A stretch of 64,000 nucleotides of DNA from an uncultured Verrucomicrobiae bacterium (GCA_963707025.1 CAVPOM010000018.1:608001-672000); one strand, 5' to 3'; shown: positions 30,666-40,169, numbered from the stretch's first letter. Notes: generated by a model not told the origin, from the letters alone. Translations and numbers: made by a program.

Positions 30666-31694
30666 ATGTCAACCCAGCTTAAAGTGGCCGTTTTGGGCGT
30701 CGGTTCCCTGGGCAAGGAACATGCCCGCATCTACGCCCATCTGGCCGCCGCCGGGCTGATCGAGTTTGCCGGCGTGCATGATGCCGCCCCGCAGACCGCC
30801 GCCAAAATCGCCGAAAAATATGGCGTGCCGGCTTTTGCCACCCTGAGTCAGGCCATGGCCGGCGCGTCCGCATTCAGCGTCGTCACCCCCACCAGCACGC
30901 ATTTTCAACTGGCCGACACCCTCCTGGCCGCCGGCAAACATGTGCTGGTGGAAAAACCGATGACCGAAAATGCCGCCCAGGCCGCCCGCCTGGTGCAGCG
31001 GGCCGCGCAAAAAAATGTCGTCCTGCAGGTCGGCCACGTCGAGCGCTTCAATCCCGTGCTCCATTACCTGGAAACCGTGGCCACCGATCCGCGCTTTATT
31101 GAATCCCACCGCCTTTCGCCCTACCCGGCGCGCAGCACGGACATCGGCGTGGTGCTCGACTTGATGATTCACGATCTGGACGTAATTCTGGCTCTTGTGC
31201 GGTCGCCCGTCGCGAGCGTGGATGCGGTGGGCATCCCCGTGTTGAGCAAGACGGAGGACTTTGCCAACGCCCGGCTGCGCTTTGCCAACGGCTGCGTAGC
31301 CAACCTCAACGCCAGCCGCGTCAGCTTCGAGCGCATGCGCAAGATCCGCGTTTTCAGCGGCGGGGCCGTCACCTGCTATGTTTCGCTGGATTACCGGGCG
31401 CAGGAAGGTTTCATTTACCGCGTCGCCCGCGAAGGCGAAGAGGAGTCGTCCCTTTTGAAAAAACTTCTCCATGCCAAAGACTCCGTCATCGTCAGCCAGT
31501 TCGCCGGCAAAAAAATCGTGCGCGAACCGGTGCCCATTGAAAAAGACGAGCCTCTCAAGCTCGAACTGCAGGATTTCATCCGCTGCATTCAATCGCATCT
31601 GACCCCGAAAGTCAGCGGCGCCACCGCCAAGCGCGCCCTGGATCTGGCCCTGGAAATCACCCGCCAGATCCAGTCCGGCCACGCCACGACATGA
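30666..31694 (+). CDS. Gfo/Idh/MocA oxidoreductase (GnnA-like)
   Basis: GVGSLG, HVLVEKP, VGHVERFNP, DLMIHDLD, NASRVS; lies upstream of lpxB. Confidence 0.88.
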   Translation: MSTQLKVAVLGVGSLGKEHARIYAHLAAAGLIEFAGVHDAAPQTAAKIAEKYGVPAFATLSQAMAGASAFSVVTPTSTHFQLADTLLAAGKHVLVEKPMTENAAQAARLVQRAAQKNVVLQVGHVERFNPVLHYLETVATDPRFIESHRLSPYPARSTDIGVVLDLMIHDLDVILALVRSPVASVDAVGIPVLSKTEDFANARLRFANGCVANLNASRVSFERMRKIRVFSGGAVTCYVSLDYRAQEGFIYRVAREGEEESSLLKKLLHAKDSVIVSQFAGKKIVREPVPIEKDEPLKLELQDFIRCIQSHLTPKVSGATAKRALDLALEITRQIQSGHATT

Positions 31695-31768
31695 AAGAAA
31701 ACCGCCCGCGCGCCTCTTTACTAAATGCCAGCGAAGTGTCACCTTGCGGAGTGATCCCATAATTCACC

Positions 31769-32146
31769 ATGGGCCGCCTGATTATTATCCTTCCGGTGCT
31801 GGCGTTCGATGTCTGGCTGTTGGCCACAACGGGGAAAAAACAATGCAAAATCTGGGCGCAAGCCCGCGCCTGGCCGCGGTTGGCCGGGGCCGCCGCTCTG
31901 GGCGTGGCGCTGGGCGTTTGGCTGGCGCTTTTCGTCGAATATCATTGGGGAGCCGGGACCCGCGTCATCGGTTTTCCGGTCCCCGTTTGTTTTTTCCATC
32001 TGGAAGATGGCAACTGGGTTGATTTTATCCCGCCCGCGGCGATGCAATACTTGGGATGGACCGCCAATTTCCTGAGCGGGCTGGCCGCGCCGATCCTGCC
32101 TTTCAAAGCCGCGGAGTTTCTGCGCAGTGTGAAGGCCGAGCTATAA
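31769..32146 (+). CDS. Small hypothetical membrane protein
   Basis: 125 aa with about three hydrophobic segments; co-oriented between the oxidoreductase and lpxB. Confidence 0.65.
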   Translation: MGRLIIILPVLAFDVWLLATTGKKQCKIWAQARAWPRLAGAAALGVALGVWLALFVEYHWGAGTRVIGFPVPVCFFHLEDGNWVDFIPPAAMQYLGWTANFLSGLAAPILPFKAAEFLRSVKAEL

Positions 32147-32270
32147 TGGCGACCATGAAATTTCGACGCCGATTTGGCCTTTTGTTGGGGAGCGCGGGCG
32201 CCGCCGCCTGCCGTGCCCGGCGTCCCGGCGGGGGCACGTTTGAGAATCTCCGTGTCGCGCTGCTCCCGGC

Positions 32271-33491
32271 ATGAACCGCACCGGCATCATGCTCGTGGCG
32301 GGCGACCCCAGCGGGGACGCCAATGCCGCCGACCTGGTGCGGGAGCTGGCCGTGGCGGTGCCGGCTGCCCAATTTCAAATCACCCACGACTCCCAGCCGC
32401 TGACCACGCCGCTGGCCCCCGCTTTCTTTGGGGCGGGCGGCCCTAAAATGGCGGCGGCGGGCGTGGAGCTGTCCGGCGATTTGACGGCGCATGCCGTCAT
32501 CGGCCTGGGCGGCTTGATCAAAAAGCTGCCCATGCTCCGGCGCCGGATGAAGGAATTGGCCGGCCTGGCCGTCGCCCGGCAGCCTGAATTGATTATTCTC
32601 GTTGACTATGGCGGTTTCAATTTGCGCCTCGCCCGCGCCATCAAGGATTACGTCCGCGCCCGGACGGCCTGCTTTTTCAACTGGCAGCCGAGGATTGTGC
32701 AGTTTATTTCACCCCAGGTCTGGGCGTCGCGACCCGGCCGCGCCCAGCAGATGGCCCGGAATTGCGACTTGGTTCTTTCCCTGTTTCCATTCGAGAAGCA
32801 ATGGTTCGCCCGCGCGACGCCCGGGTTGCCGGTGGAATTTGTCGGCCACCCCATTTTCGACCGCTACCCGGTCCGCCGCCGGGCGGAGGTTCCCCCCGGC
32901 CAGGATTCCCAACGGCCGGTCGTCCTCCTGCTGCCGGGCAGCCGCCGGGGAGAACTGCAACGGCATGTGCCGGTGATGCGGGCGGCGGCGGGCTTGATCG
33001 CGGCCAGGCAACCGGCCCAGTTCAAGATGGTTGTGCCGGACCCAACGCTGGCGGCCATGGCCGGGACTCTTTTACCCGCTGGCCAGCCCGGGATTGACCT
33101 GCAATCCGGCGGCCTGGCCGAAGCGCTCTCCTCCGCCACCCTGGCCATCACCAAGACCGGGACCATCACCCTGGAATGCGCATATTTCGGCGTGCCGGCG
33201 GTGGCCATCTACAAGACCGACTGGCTCACCTGTCTCGGCGCGCGCCGCCTGGTCAAGGTGAAATACCTGTCCATGCCCAATCTGCTGGCCGGCCAGGCCA
33301 TCTACCCCGAATTCATTCAAGGCCAGGCCACCGCCGCGAACATCGCCGCCGCCGCCTTGCCATTGCTGGCCAGCCCGGCGCGGCGCCATGAAATCCGCGC
33401 AAAACTGGACCTGGTCATTCAGTCCCTGGGCGGTCCGGGCGCCGCCCGCCGCGCCGCGGCCGCCATTGTCAAACTGATGGCACGGCGCTGA
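32271..33491 (+). CDS. lpxB: Lipid-A-disaccharide synthase
   Basis: AGDPSGD, DYGGFNLRLA, SPQVWASRPGR, FPFE, FVGHP, LLPGSR, GTITLE, PNLLAG..IYPEFIQ. Confidence 0.96.
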   Translation: MNRTGIMLVAGDPSGDANAADLVRELAVAVPAAQFQITHDSQPLTTPLAPAFFGAGGPKMAAAGVELSGDLTAHAVIGLGGLIKKLPMLRRRMKELAGLAVARQPELIILVDYGGFNLRLARAIKDYVRARTACFFNWQPRIVQFISPQVWASRPGRAQQMARNCDLVLSLFPFEKQWFARATPGLPVEFVGHPIFDRYPVRRRAEVPPGQDSQRPVVLLLPGSRRGELQRHVPVMRAAAGLIAARQPAQFKMVVPDPTLAAMAGTLLPAGQPGIDLQSGGLAEALSSATLAITKTGTITLECAYFGVPAVAIYKTDWLTCLGARRLVKVKYLSMPNLLAGQAIYPEFIQGQATAANIAAAALPLLASPARRHEIRAKLDLVIQSLGGPGAARRAAAAIVKLMARR

Positions 33492-33521
33492 GGTTGGATT
33501 GCCTCGTAATGCGTCAGTGAA

Positions 33522-33623
33522 GGAGTGCGCACGTCCTCGGGCGCAGCATCAGTCAAGGACCCGGTGGTTTCGGGATTTGTCTGGCGCGGCGGAAGTCCGG
33601 CCGTTGCTGCGCCCGAGGACGGG
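33522..33623. repeat. REP-like inverted repeat that is the IS target (right arm completed at 35527-35546)
   Basis: Left arm ggagtgcgcacgtcctcgggcgcagca; reconstructed right arm tgctgcgcccgaggacgggcgcactcc (1 mismatch). Confidence 0.85.
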
Positions 33624-33632
33624 GAATGGCGC

Positions 33633-35120
33633 TTAAATAAGGGAAGCCTTTCTTTTGGCCCGGGCCAGACGGCGGCGTTTATTGCGGCTCCAGGGCTGGC
33701 GGTATTGATGCCGCGATTTGTTCAAATGGGGGTATTTGGATCGTTTCTTGACAGCGCGCGGCTCCGCTCTTCCCGGACGCCTGGGCACCAGATCGGTCGC
33801 CAGCCTTCGGAGCAGCCGCTGCCATAATTGGCGGCGCCGTCCCCCTTTGTTCCGGGCGTGTCCGAGTTGTGCCAGTGCCTGCGTCCATTGCCGGAAGGCG
33901 TCCAGGCTGCCTTTGAAACTGATCCGATCCAAGTCCACGTTCTGGCTTTGCGCGGCTTCGGCCATGATCCAGCGCAGGAAATTATGGGCGGTGAGGAAGA
34001 GCAGGAGTTCTTTCTCCACCATGCGGGGACAGAGGCAATGCAGGCTCTGCATGCCCAGGGTGGTTTTGAGATCGTCCAGGCACAGTTCCATGCGCCAGCG
34101 CCGGGCATAAGCGGCCGCCAGTTCCTCCGCTGGAAAAAGCGCCGCATCCAACAGGGTCGTGACCAGGGTCAGGTGGCGGGTGCGGAAGCCGGCCCGGCTC
34201 AGGCGCGCGCGCAGCACCCGCACCGTGATCTGCGGCGGCAGTCCGAGCCATTCCAGGAACGAAAGCAGGGGCGAAGGCCGGCCGGGTTTGGACCAGGTAA
34301 AGAGCGCGTCCCAGTGACCCAGGCGTTGGCGGGCCTGGCGGAAATCCACCTTGCGGTTGCGCACGGAGACCCGCGCGAGCAAATCCACGCCCAGGAGTTG
34401 GAGGACGGCGGCGATAATATAAACCCCATAGGCGCGGTCGCCCAAGAGGATGTCGCCGGGGTGCAAAGCCGAGCGCAAGCCGTGGAGAAACAGAGCCAGT
34501 TCGGAGGAGCGCAGGCTGCCGGTGGCTTTGGCCAAAAGGGCGCCGCTGGCGGCGGAGAACAGAGCCACCACGCGCAGGTGGGGAAAGCCGCCGCCGGGCT
34601 GCAGGCTTTGGCTGGGGGGAAAGGCCGCCCGATTGGCCGGGGTGTCGGGCAGGTGGGTGCCGCTGCCATCGACCGCTTTCAACGGGCGGCCCTGTAGCAG
34701 CGTACTGGCCGGGGCGCGCTTTTCGGCGCTGTCGGCGCTGGCCGCGAAGGCTTGCTCCAGCAAGGCCAGGGGGAGTTTGGCGCGGGCCTGGCAATAGGCG
34801 CTGCTGTCCGGCTCCGGTTCCGGGCCTTGGACCAAGGCCAGCAGGGCCTGCACCTGAAGGACGACGTGGCGGCAGGAAGTGTTGGCTTGGAAGACTGGCC
34901 AGACCCAGCACCACCAGGTGCGAACCAGAGTGTAAACCTGCTCGCGGGAGTAGTCGCCGGCGGCCGGTTTTCGCAGGAGGTCGGTGGGCAAGGCGGGAGC
35001 CAGGCGGTCCTCGATCTGACTCAAGGTGGCGTGACGGAGGCGCGCCAGGCTGTGGGCACAGCGGCGGCCCGCCGCCGCCAGACGGGGCCGCCAGGCCGGG
35101 AAGAAGGGGGTGTCGGGCAT
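33633..35120 (-). CDS. IS4-family DDE transposase
   Basis: SAYCQARAKL, AVDGS, LGDRAY, YARRWRMELCLDDLKT, RPGRAEPRAVK. The stop codon lies inside the terminal IR. Confidence 0.95.
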   Translation of the reverse strand: MPDTPFFPAWRPRLAAAGRRCAHSLARLRHATLSQIEDRLAPALPTDLLRKPAAGDYSREQVYTLVRTWWCWVWPVFQANTSCRHVVLQVQALLALVQGPEPEPDSSAYCQARAKLPLALLEQAFAASADSAEKRAPASTLLQGRPLKAVDGSGTHLPDTPANRAAFPPSQSLQPGGGFPHLRVVALFSAASGALLAKATGSLRSSELALFLHGLRSALHPGDILLGDRAYGVYIIAAVLQLLGVDLLARVSVRNRKVDFRQARQRLGHWDALFTWSKPGRPSPLLSFLEWLGLPPQITVRVLRARLSRAGFRTRHLTLVTTLLDAALFPAEELAAAYARRWRMELCLDDLKTTLGMQSLHCLCPRMVEKELLLFLTAHNFLRWIMAEAAQSQNVDLDRISFKGSLDAFRQWTQALAQLGHARNKGGRRRQLWQRLLRRLATDLVPRRPGRAEPRAVKKRSKYPHLNKSRHQYRQPWSRNKRRRLARAKRKASLI

Positions 35121-35144
35121 AAGGCGGTATATATACCGCCTTAT
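35119..35144. promoter_or_regulatory. Perfect 26-bp palindrome between the divergent IS ORFs
   Basis: ATAAGGCGGTATA|TATACCGCCTTAT, abutting the transposase ATG. Confidence 0.7.
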
Positions 35145-35169
35145 TGACACGTCTGCTACTCTTTTCTTT

Positions 35170-35517
35170 ATGCCGACTCACAAAACAACCCGGCCAGCCC
35201 AATGGCAGGCCCAATACGCCCAATTACGCGACCGGCTGGCCAGAACCGGCTGGATCAGCGAGGGCTACGTGCAAGACCGCGGCCCCGGAGCAGGCGGCCC
35301 TTGTTATCAGTGGACCCGCAAGGTCAAAGGCAAAACGGTCAGTGTCGCTCTCTCCAAAGAACAATATGAGTGGCTCCATGACGCCATTGCCGAGTGGCGG
35401 GAGGTGCAAGCCACCATCAAAGCCATGCAACGCTTGAGCCGTCAGGTCTTGTTTGAAACCATCCCGCATCCCCCGCGTCGTAAGAGGCTGGGTAAGAAAG
35501 TTTTAGGTCTTATTTAA
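35170..35517 (+). CDS. DUF6788-like small basic protein inside the IS
   Basis: GPCYQWTRKVKGKTVSVALSKEQYEWL..AIAEWR. The stop codon lies inside the right terminal IR. Confidence 0.8.
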   Translation: MPTHKTTRPAQWQAQYAQLRDRLARTGWISEGYVQDRGPGAGGPCYQWTRKVKGKTVSVALSKEQYEWLHDAIAEWREVQATIKAMQRLSRQVLFETIPHPPRRKRLGKKVLGLI

Positions 35518-35816
35518 GCGCCATTCCCCGAGGACGGGCGCACTCCGACACTGTCCTTGCCGTCACCGGCCCATTGCTGGCTGCCACAATCCCCTTGATT
35601 TTTTCGGGCTCCAGATGAATAGTGGTGAGTGTCGTAGCGTCAAATAAAAACAGCCGGTCGCTTTGAGGTGATGGGCGAACGAAAGTCGCAGCGTCCATTC
35701 CTGGTTCAACTCAAGCAGGCGCGTTTGTTGATGGCAGCGTCCGGCCGGGGTTCCCAGGCGCAATCAGGCGGGTGTCCTGTTGGCGCAGACATTCAAAAAC
35801 TGAGAGTTGACAAACT

Positions 35817-36059
35817 ATGAGAACAACCTCTTTGCTGATCGGCACGTTTCTAACCATCCTGACCGGCGGATGCATGACTGACACTTACGGCCCCGCATCG
35901 CCCGACTTTTATCCCGGCTGCTCGCCGCCCTTCGCTTGGAATTCCAGGCCGGGCCTGCCCGCGCATGGCATCGTCACCGCCGCGCGCTCCTTGCCGGCCG
36001 CCCCCTCCCGGCCCCCGCCGCCAAGGTGGCCTCCAAACCGGAGGCGGTGCCGGAGTTGA
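35817..36059 (+). CDS. Possible small lipoprotein
   Basis: MRTTSLLIGTFLTILTGGC lipobox-like N-terminus and a Pro-rich tail. Confidence 0.35.
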   Translation: MRTTSLLIGTFLTILTGGCMTDTYGPASPDFYPGCSPPFAWNSRPGLPAHGIVTAARSLPAAPSRPPPPRWPPNRRRCRS

Positions 36060-36074
36060 CACGGAGTTGACAGG

Positions 36075-36959
36075 TCAAGTTTGACGGAATTGCTCGACGA
36101 GGGCGGAGACGTCCTTGTCCCCGTTGCCGGCGGCGAGGGACTTCTCATAGAGGCTCAAAGCGGCGGCGGCGGTGGCCAAATCCATTTTGACGCGGGCGGC
36201 CTCCTGCCGGGCGTAGCCAAGGTCCTTGGCCATGAGGCGCAGTTTGAACAACGGGGTGTAGTCGCGCGCGGTCATCCGGGCGGAAAAGATCTTGAGCAGC
36301 GGGCTGCCGGGAGCGCCGGCGGTGAGAACTTCCAGGGCTTGGCCGCGATCCAGGCCGCTCCGCTCCATCAGGCCCAGCGCCTCGGCCAGCGAGGCCGCCT
36401 GGACGCCGCAGAGGAAGTTGTTGATGAGTTTGAGGAGCGCGCCGCTGCCGGCAGGGCCAACATGAACCAAGGCGCGGCTCATGACCGCAAGCGCCGGGCG
36501 GGCTTTTTCAACCGTGGAGGCGGCGCCGCCCACCAGGAATACCAGTTCTCCGGAGGCGGCCTGGGGTTTGCTGCCCGTCACGGGGGCGTCCAGCATTTCG
36601 CAGCCGCGCGCCGCGGCCCCGGCGGCCAGTTCCCGAATCCAGGCGACGGTCAGAGTGCTGCATTCCACGAGAACCGCGCCGGGGCTGGCGGCGGCCAGCG
36701 CGCCATTTTCCCCCAGCCAAAGGGCGCGCGAAGCGGCGTCGTCGGCCACCATGCTGAAGATGAAAGCGGCGTCGGCCGCGGCTTGGCGCGGGGTGGCAGC
36801 CACGCGCGCGCCCCCGGCGGCGAAGGGCGCCGTTTTGGCCTGGTCGCGGTTAAATACGGTGAGCGGAAAGCCGGCGCCGAGCAGCCGCCGGGCCATGCCC
36901 GCGCCCATCAGCCCAAGGCCGAGAAAGGCGATGCGGGGTTTGGGATCGTTGGAGTTCAT
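36075..36959 (-). CDS. Beta-hydroxyacid dehydrogenase family (3-hydroxyisobutyrate dehydrogenase/tartronate semialdehyde reductase-like)
   Basis: AFLGLGLMG, DAPVTGS, LVGG, KLINN, F.L.LMAKDL. Confidence 0.92.
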   Translation of the reverse strand: MNSNDPKPRIAFLGLGLMGAGMARRLLGAGFPLTVFNRDQAKTAPFAAGGARVAATPRQAAADAAFIFSMVADDAASRALWLGENGALAAASPGAVLVECSTLTVAWIRELAAGAAARGCEMLDAPVTGSKPQAASGELVFLVGGAASTVEKARPALAVMSRALVHVGPAGSGALLKLINNFLCGVQAASLAEALGLMERSGLDRGQALEVLTAGAPGSPLLKIFSARMTARDYTPLFKLRLMAKDLGYARQEAARVKMDLATAAAALSLYEKSLAAGNGDKDVSALVEQFRQT

Positions 36960-36978
36960 GCGATTGATGCAACAGTTA

Positions 36979-38581
36979 TTATAAGATGCGCTCCGGTTTT
37001 TGCCCGGAAAGTTCCTTGATTTCATCGGCCAGGCGGCTGGCCTGCATTTCCAATTCGGCGCATTCCTTTTCCAGCATCTTTTCCCTCTCCGCCGCAAGAT
37101 CATCCAACACGCCCGGCTTTTGCTCGCTGATTCGGCACAACTCGTAGTCGGGACTCTCGCGCAATTGGTTGAGCGATTCCAGGACGGCGATGATTTCCAG
37201 TTGCAAGGTCTCATGCAGGCGGCGCAACTGGGCCAGTTCGACTTCGTCGCTGAAATCCAGGCTCTCCCAGCCCTGGCGCAGGATGAAGCCGTGCGGGTCT
37301 TGGGCGATCTCGCGCAGGGTTTTGATGTCGCCGGCTTCCTTGGCCCGATTGATGGCGCTGGTCAGCTTGTGGTAAGTTTCCAGCTTGTCCGGCTCGTGGG
37401 CGAAACGGTCGGGGTGGTAGAGTTTGACCAGTTTCTTCCAGAGTTTTTTCAATTCCGCCTCCTCCCCGGCCGTCAACTGCACTTTCCCGGCCACGGCCGC
37501 CGCCGTTTCCTCGTAATCCTTGTCGGCCTGGGCCCTGGCTTGCTGGTAATTCTGCTCCGCCTCTTTTGCCTCCTCATCGCCGCCGCGCACCAGTGATTCC
37601 AGAAACTTCTGCCGATACTCCACGACCAGCCGCAGCCGGTCGCGTTTCTGGTATTGCGCGCGCAAGCGACGGAAGAGAATCGCCTGGATGGCGTCCACGC
37701 GCGATTTTTCCCTGGTGTAATCGGTTTCCAATTCCGCCAGGCGCGCCCGTTCGCTGGCGACCAACTCCCGGAGTTGGGCCAACTCTGGATTGACGTAGAT
37801 CACCAGCGCGGCGAACAGGGCGCCGTCCGGCGGCGGCGCTGTTTTGATTTCCAACTGGCGCAAATACCACCGGCCCATTTTCGCGCTGCGCGCATTGGAA
37901 GAACTGGCCAGCCATTCCAGCCAGGCCCGCAATTCGGCGTCCTTGCGGGCTTCTTGAAACAAGCGCCCCTTGTGTTTGCCAAAGGCGAGGCGCGACGGAT
38001 ACCATTCCTCCGCCGCGCAGGCGGCCAGCTTTTCCCAACTGTCCAGGCCGCGATGCCCGGCAATGGGGCGAAGCACTTGCGCGAACAAATCCGCCACCGT
38101 GGCCACCTGGCCCAGCGCGGTGGGCGCGCCGCGTTCCGGCAGGCGATAATACTGGCGCAAAGTTTGCAGCTTGCAATTGCCGGCGGGCACGGGGTCCAGC
38201 AGACGTTGCGCCAGGCGCAACGCGCAGAAGCCGCGCGGCGCCGATGGGCGCCAGGCCCAGCCGCCGCCACTCCGGTTTCAACACCTCATCCAGATCGTAT
38301 TCCAGATTGAAGGAGACCAGCGGCAGATGGCCCGCGTATTCCGCAAATTCCCGATAGACTTGCACCGGCGGTTCGCCGTCCCGCTCCAGAATTTCGCGGG
38401 TGTAACCGTGGAGGCAGGATGCTTCCATTGGAATGTCCGCGTTTTGATTGAGCAGTTTGCGAAACGGTTCGCCGTCGGCCGTCCAACCGCGCATGCGTTG
38501 CGCGGCCAGCTCGACCACAAAAATCGGCGCGGCCAGGCCGGTCGTTTCCGTGTCGAGAAGAATCCAATCCTTGTTGTTCAT
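36979..38581 (-). CDS. DEDDh (DnaQ-like) exonuclease domain fused to a coiled coil and a J domain; frameshift near 38236
   Basis: LLDTETTG, LHGYT, SFNLEYD in frame 1; FGKHKG, coiled coil and KLWKKLVKLYHPD...AINRA in frame 2. Confidence 0.82.
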
Positions 38582-38653
38582 TCTGGTCCTGACCTCAGCC
38601 GCGGCGTTTGCGCCCGCGGTCGGGGCGCTCCCCTTCCTGTAACTGGTTTCCGG

Positions 38654-38752
38654 TCATGGCAGGCCGGCCGGAACGCGCCCCGCCCCCGGCTCCGCTTTTT
38701 CCAGCGCCAGCGGCGGTGCGGGCGCCCATGCCAATTTGTCCGTCTCGTTCAT
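38654..38752 (-). pseudogene. Degenerate copy of the LRR protein N-terminal leader module (32 codons)
   Basis: MNETDKLAWAPAPPLALEKAEPGAGRV vs MNEADKFALVPRPPGGLEKAEAGAKRV. Confidence 0.65.
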
Positions 38753-38757
38753 GCTGC

Positions 38758-39645
38758 TCAAAAATGCTGGTCGGGCCGTTGGATCAAACGAGTTTTCCCC
38801 TTGTCGAACTTCAATTTCTTCAAATGATGCAACGGGGTGATGTCCAAAACCTCGATGCGGTCCCAGCCGTAAACGCCCGCGGTGTTTTCGCCGCAATCCA
38901 GCACTTCCAGAGCCGGCACGCCGGATAAATCCAGGTGCCGCAACTCGTTTTGACCGCATTCGAGCACTTGCAGGGCCGGGAGATTTGACAGATCCAGCTC
39001 GGCCAGTTGATTGTTGCGCGCCAGGATTTCCTCAAGGTCTTTGCAGCCCTGCAAATTAAGGCGGGTCAAAACATTCGATTCGCAATACAGCTTCTTTATT
39101 TTCGGCGTGCCGCTGAGGTCCAATTCCCTCAGGTTTTGCTGCGAAACGGCCAGCACCTCCAATTCCGACAAACCTTGCAGATGGATCTCCGAGACTTCGC
39201 AGTCCATGGGCGTGACGCCAGGCGGGGAATTCTTAAACGTGCTGACGATGCCAATGGTCCGGCCGCCGCCGCAGAGGTGGAACACTCTGATTCCCAGTCC
39301 TGTGACGAAGCGCATTCTCCGAATCAGCATCGAACCTTCGTCCCATTTGACCTCGAGGAGGCGTCCGTCGGCAAAGGAAGATTTCATTTCGACCAGCCGC
39401 TGGATGATCGCTTCCGGCCGCTTGCCGGTTTGTTCCGCCCACATCAAAATCTGCCGGTAATCCGGCTCGCGCCATGCGTATGCGCCGAGGCGAAATCCAA
39501 CCGAAGGAGCCCCGGCTTTTGCCTGCGGGGCCAGCGCGAGTGTGTCCGCGACCATGCCGGCCAGAACGCGCTTCGCGCCCGCCTCCGCTTTTTCCAGCCC
39601 GCCCGGCGGTCTCGGCACTAATGCAAATTTGTCGGCCTCGTTCAT
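38758..39645 (-). CDS. Leucine-rich repeat protein
   Basis: Repeats of LxxLxxxxNxLxxLDLS (LEVLAVSQQNLRELDLS, LYCESNVLTRLNL, ILARNNQLAELDLS, LECGQNELRHLDLS). Confidence 0.88.
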   Translation of the reverse strand: MNEADKFALVPRPPGGLEKAEAGAKRVLAGMVADTLALAPQAKAGAPSVGFRLGAYAWREPDYRQILMWAEQTGKRPEAIIQRLVEMKSSFADGRLLEVKWDEGSMLIRRMRFVTGLGIRVFHLCGGGRTIGIVSTFKNSPPGVTPMDCEVSEIHLQGLSELEVLAVSQQNLRELDLSGTPKIKKLYCESNVLTRLNLQGCKDLEEILARNNQLAELDLSNLPALQVLECGQNELRHLDLSGVPALEVLDCGENTAGVYGWDRIEVLDITPLHHLKKLKFDKGKTRLIQRPDQHF

Positions 39646-39961
39646 GGCAAGTGTCAGCTCTGCCGCCGGTCCTGACGCCGGCTCGCGAAGTGCCTGCTCG
39701 TGTCGTCCGATCATGGGGCCGGCGGAATGAAGTCCAGTGGAGACCGAAACATCCTGGGACTTGCCTCGGAAAGCGGCGCCCGAAACGCCGGACACAAATT
39801 GACCCGCGGGGCCTCTCCAGCAGAAGCGCCATGATGCCGCGCCTTCACGCCATGCGGCCAAAGTTCATGGCGCTCCGCGCCGGTTAACTTTCTGTGCAAG
39901 GACGGGAAGATAAAGCAAGGATCGTCTGCCGTTTTAAAGCGGGTCACATGAGCAGGGTTCA

Positions 39962-39980
39962 TAATTAAACTGTTTAATTA
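39962..39980. promoter_or_regulatory. AT-rich perfect inverted repeat, operator-like
   Basis: TAATTAAAC-T-GTTTAATTA in a GC-rich background, upstream of the LRR cassette. Confidence 0.55.
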
Positions 39981-40169
39981 ATATAATGCCTGATCCATCA
40001 CTTTGGCAACCCGGCAATTTGGCCTGTCCGGCGGCTGGGCGACGATGCCGGCGTCAATCCTCACTTTGCAAACTCTCCCGACCCTGGCGCGCTGGAGAGG
40101 CGAGGTGAAAGCCGCCGCCCGTCCGTCAAGGGCCGGGAAAGGCGACGCGGGGTTTGGCGTCGTGGCGGT

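Larger units (their letters stand above)
33624..35526 (-). mobile_element. IS4-family element, 1903 bp, with transposase and a divergent passenger ORF; 12-bp TSD
   Basis: Perfect 18-bp terminal IR GAATGGCGCTTAAATAAG; CCCGAGGACGGG at 33612-33623 and 35527-35538. Confidence 0.92.

Noticed and set aside
39711..39962. ORF containing WPHGVKARHHGAS, reminiscent of a tyrosine-recombinase HxLRH box
   Set aside because: Spacing is wrong and no other integrase motifs are visible; too weak without a profile search.
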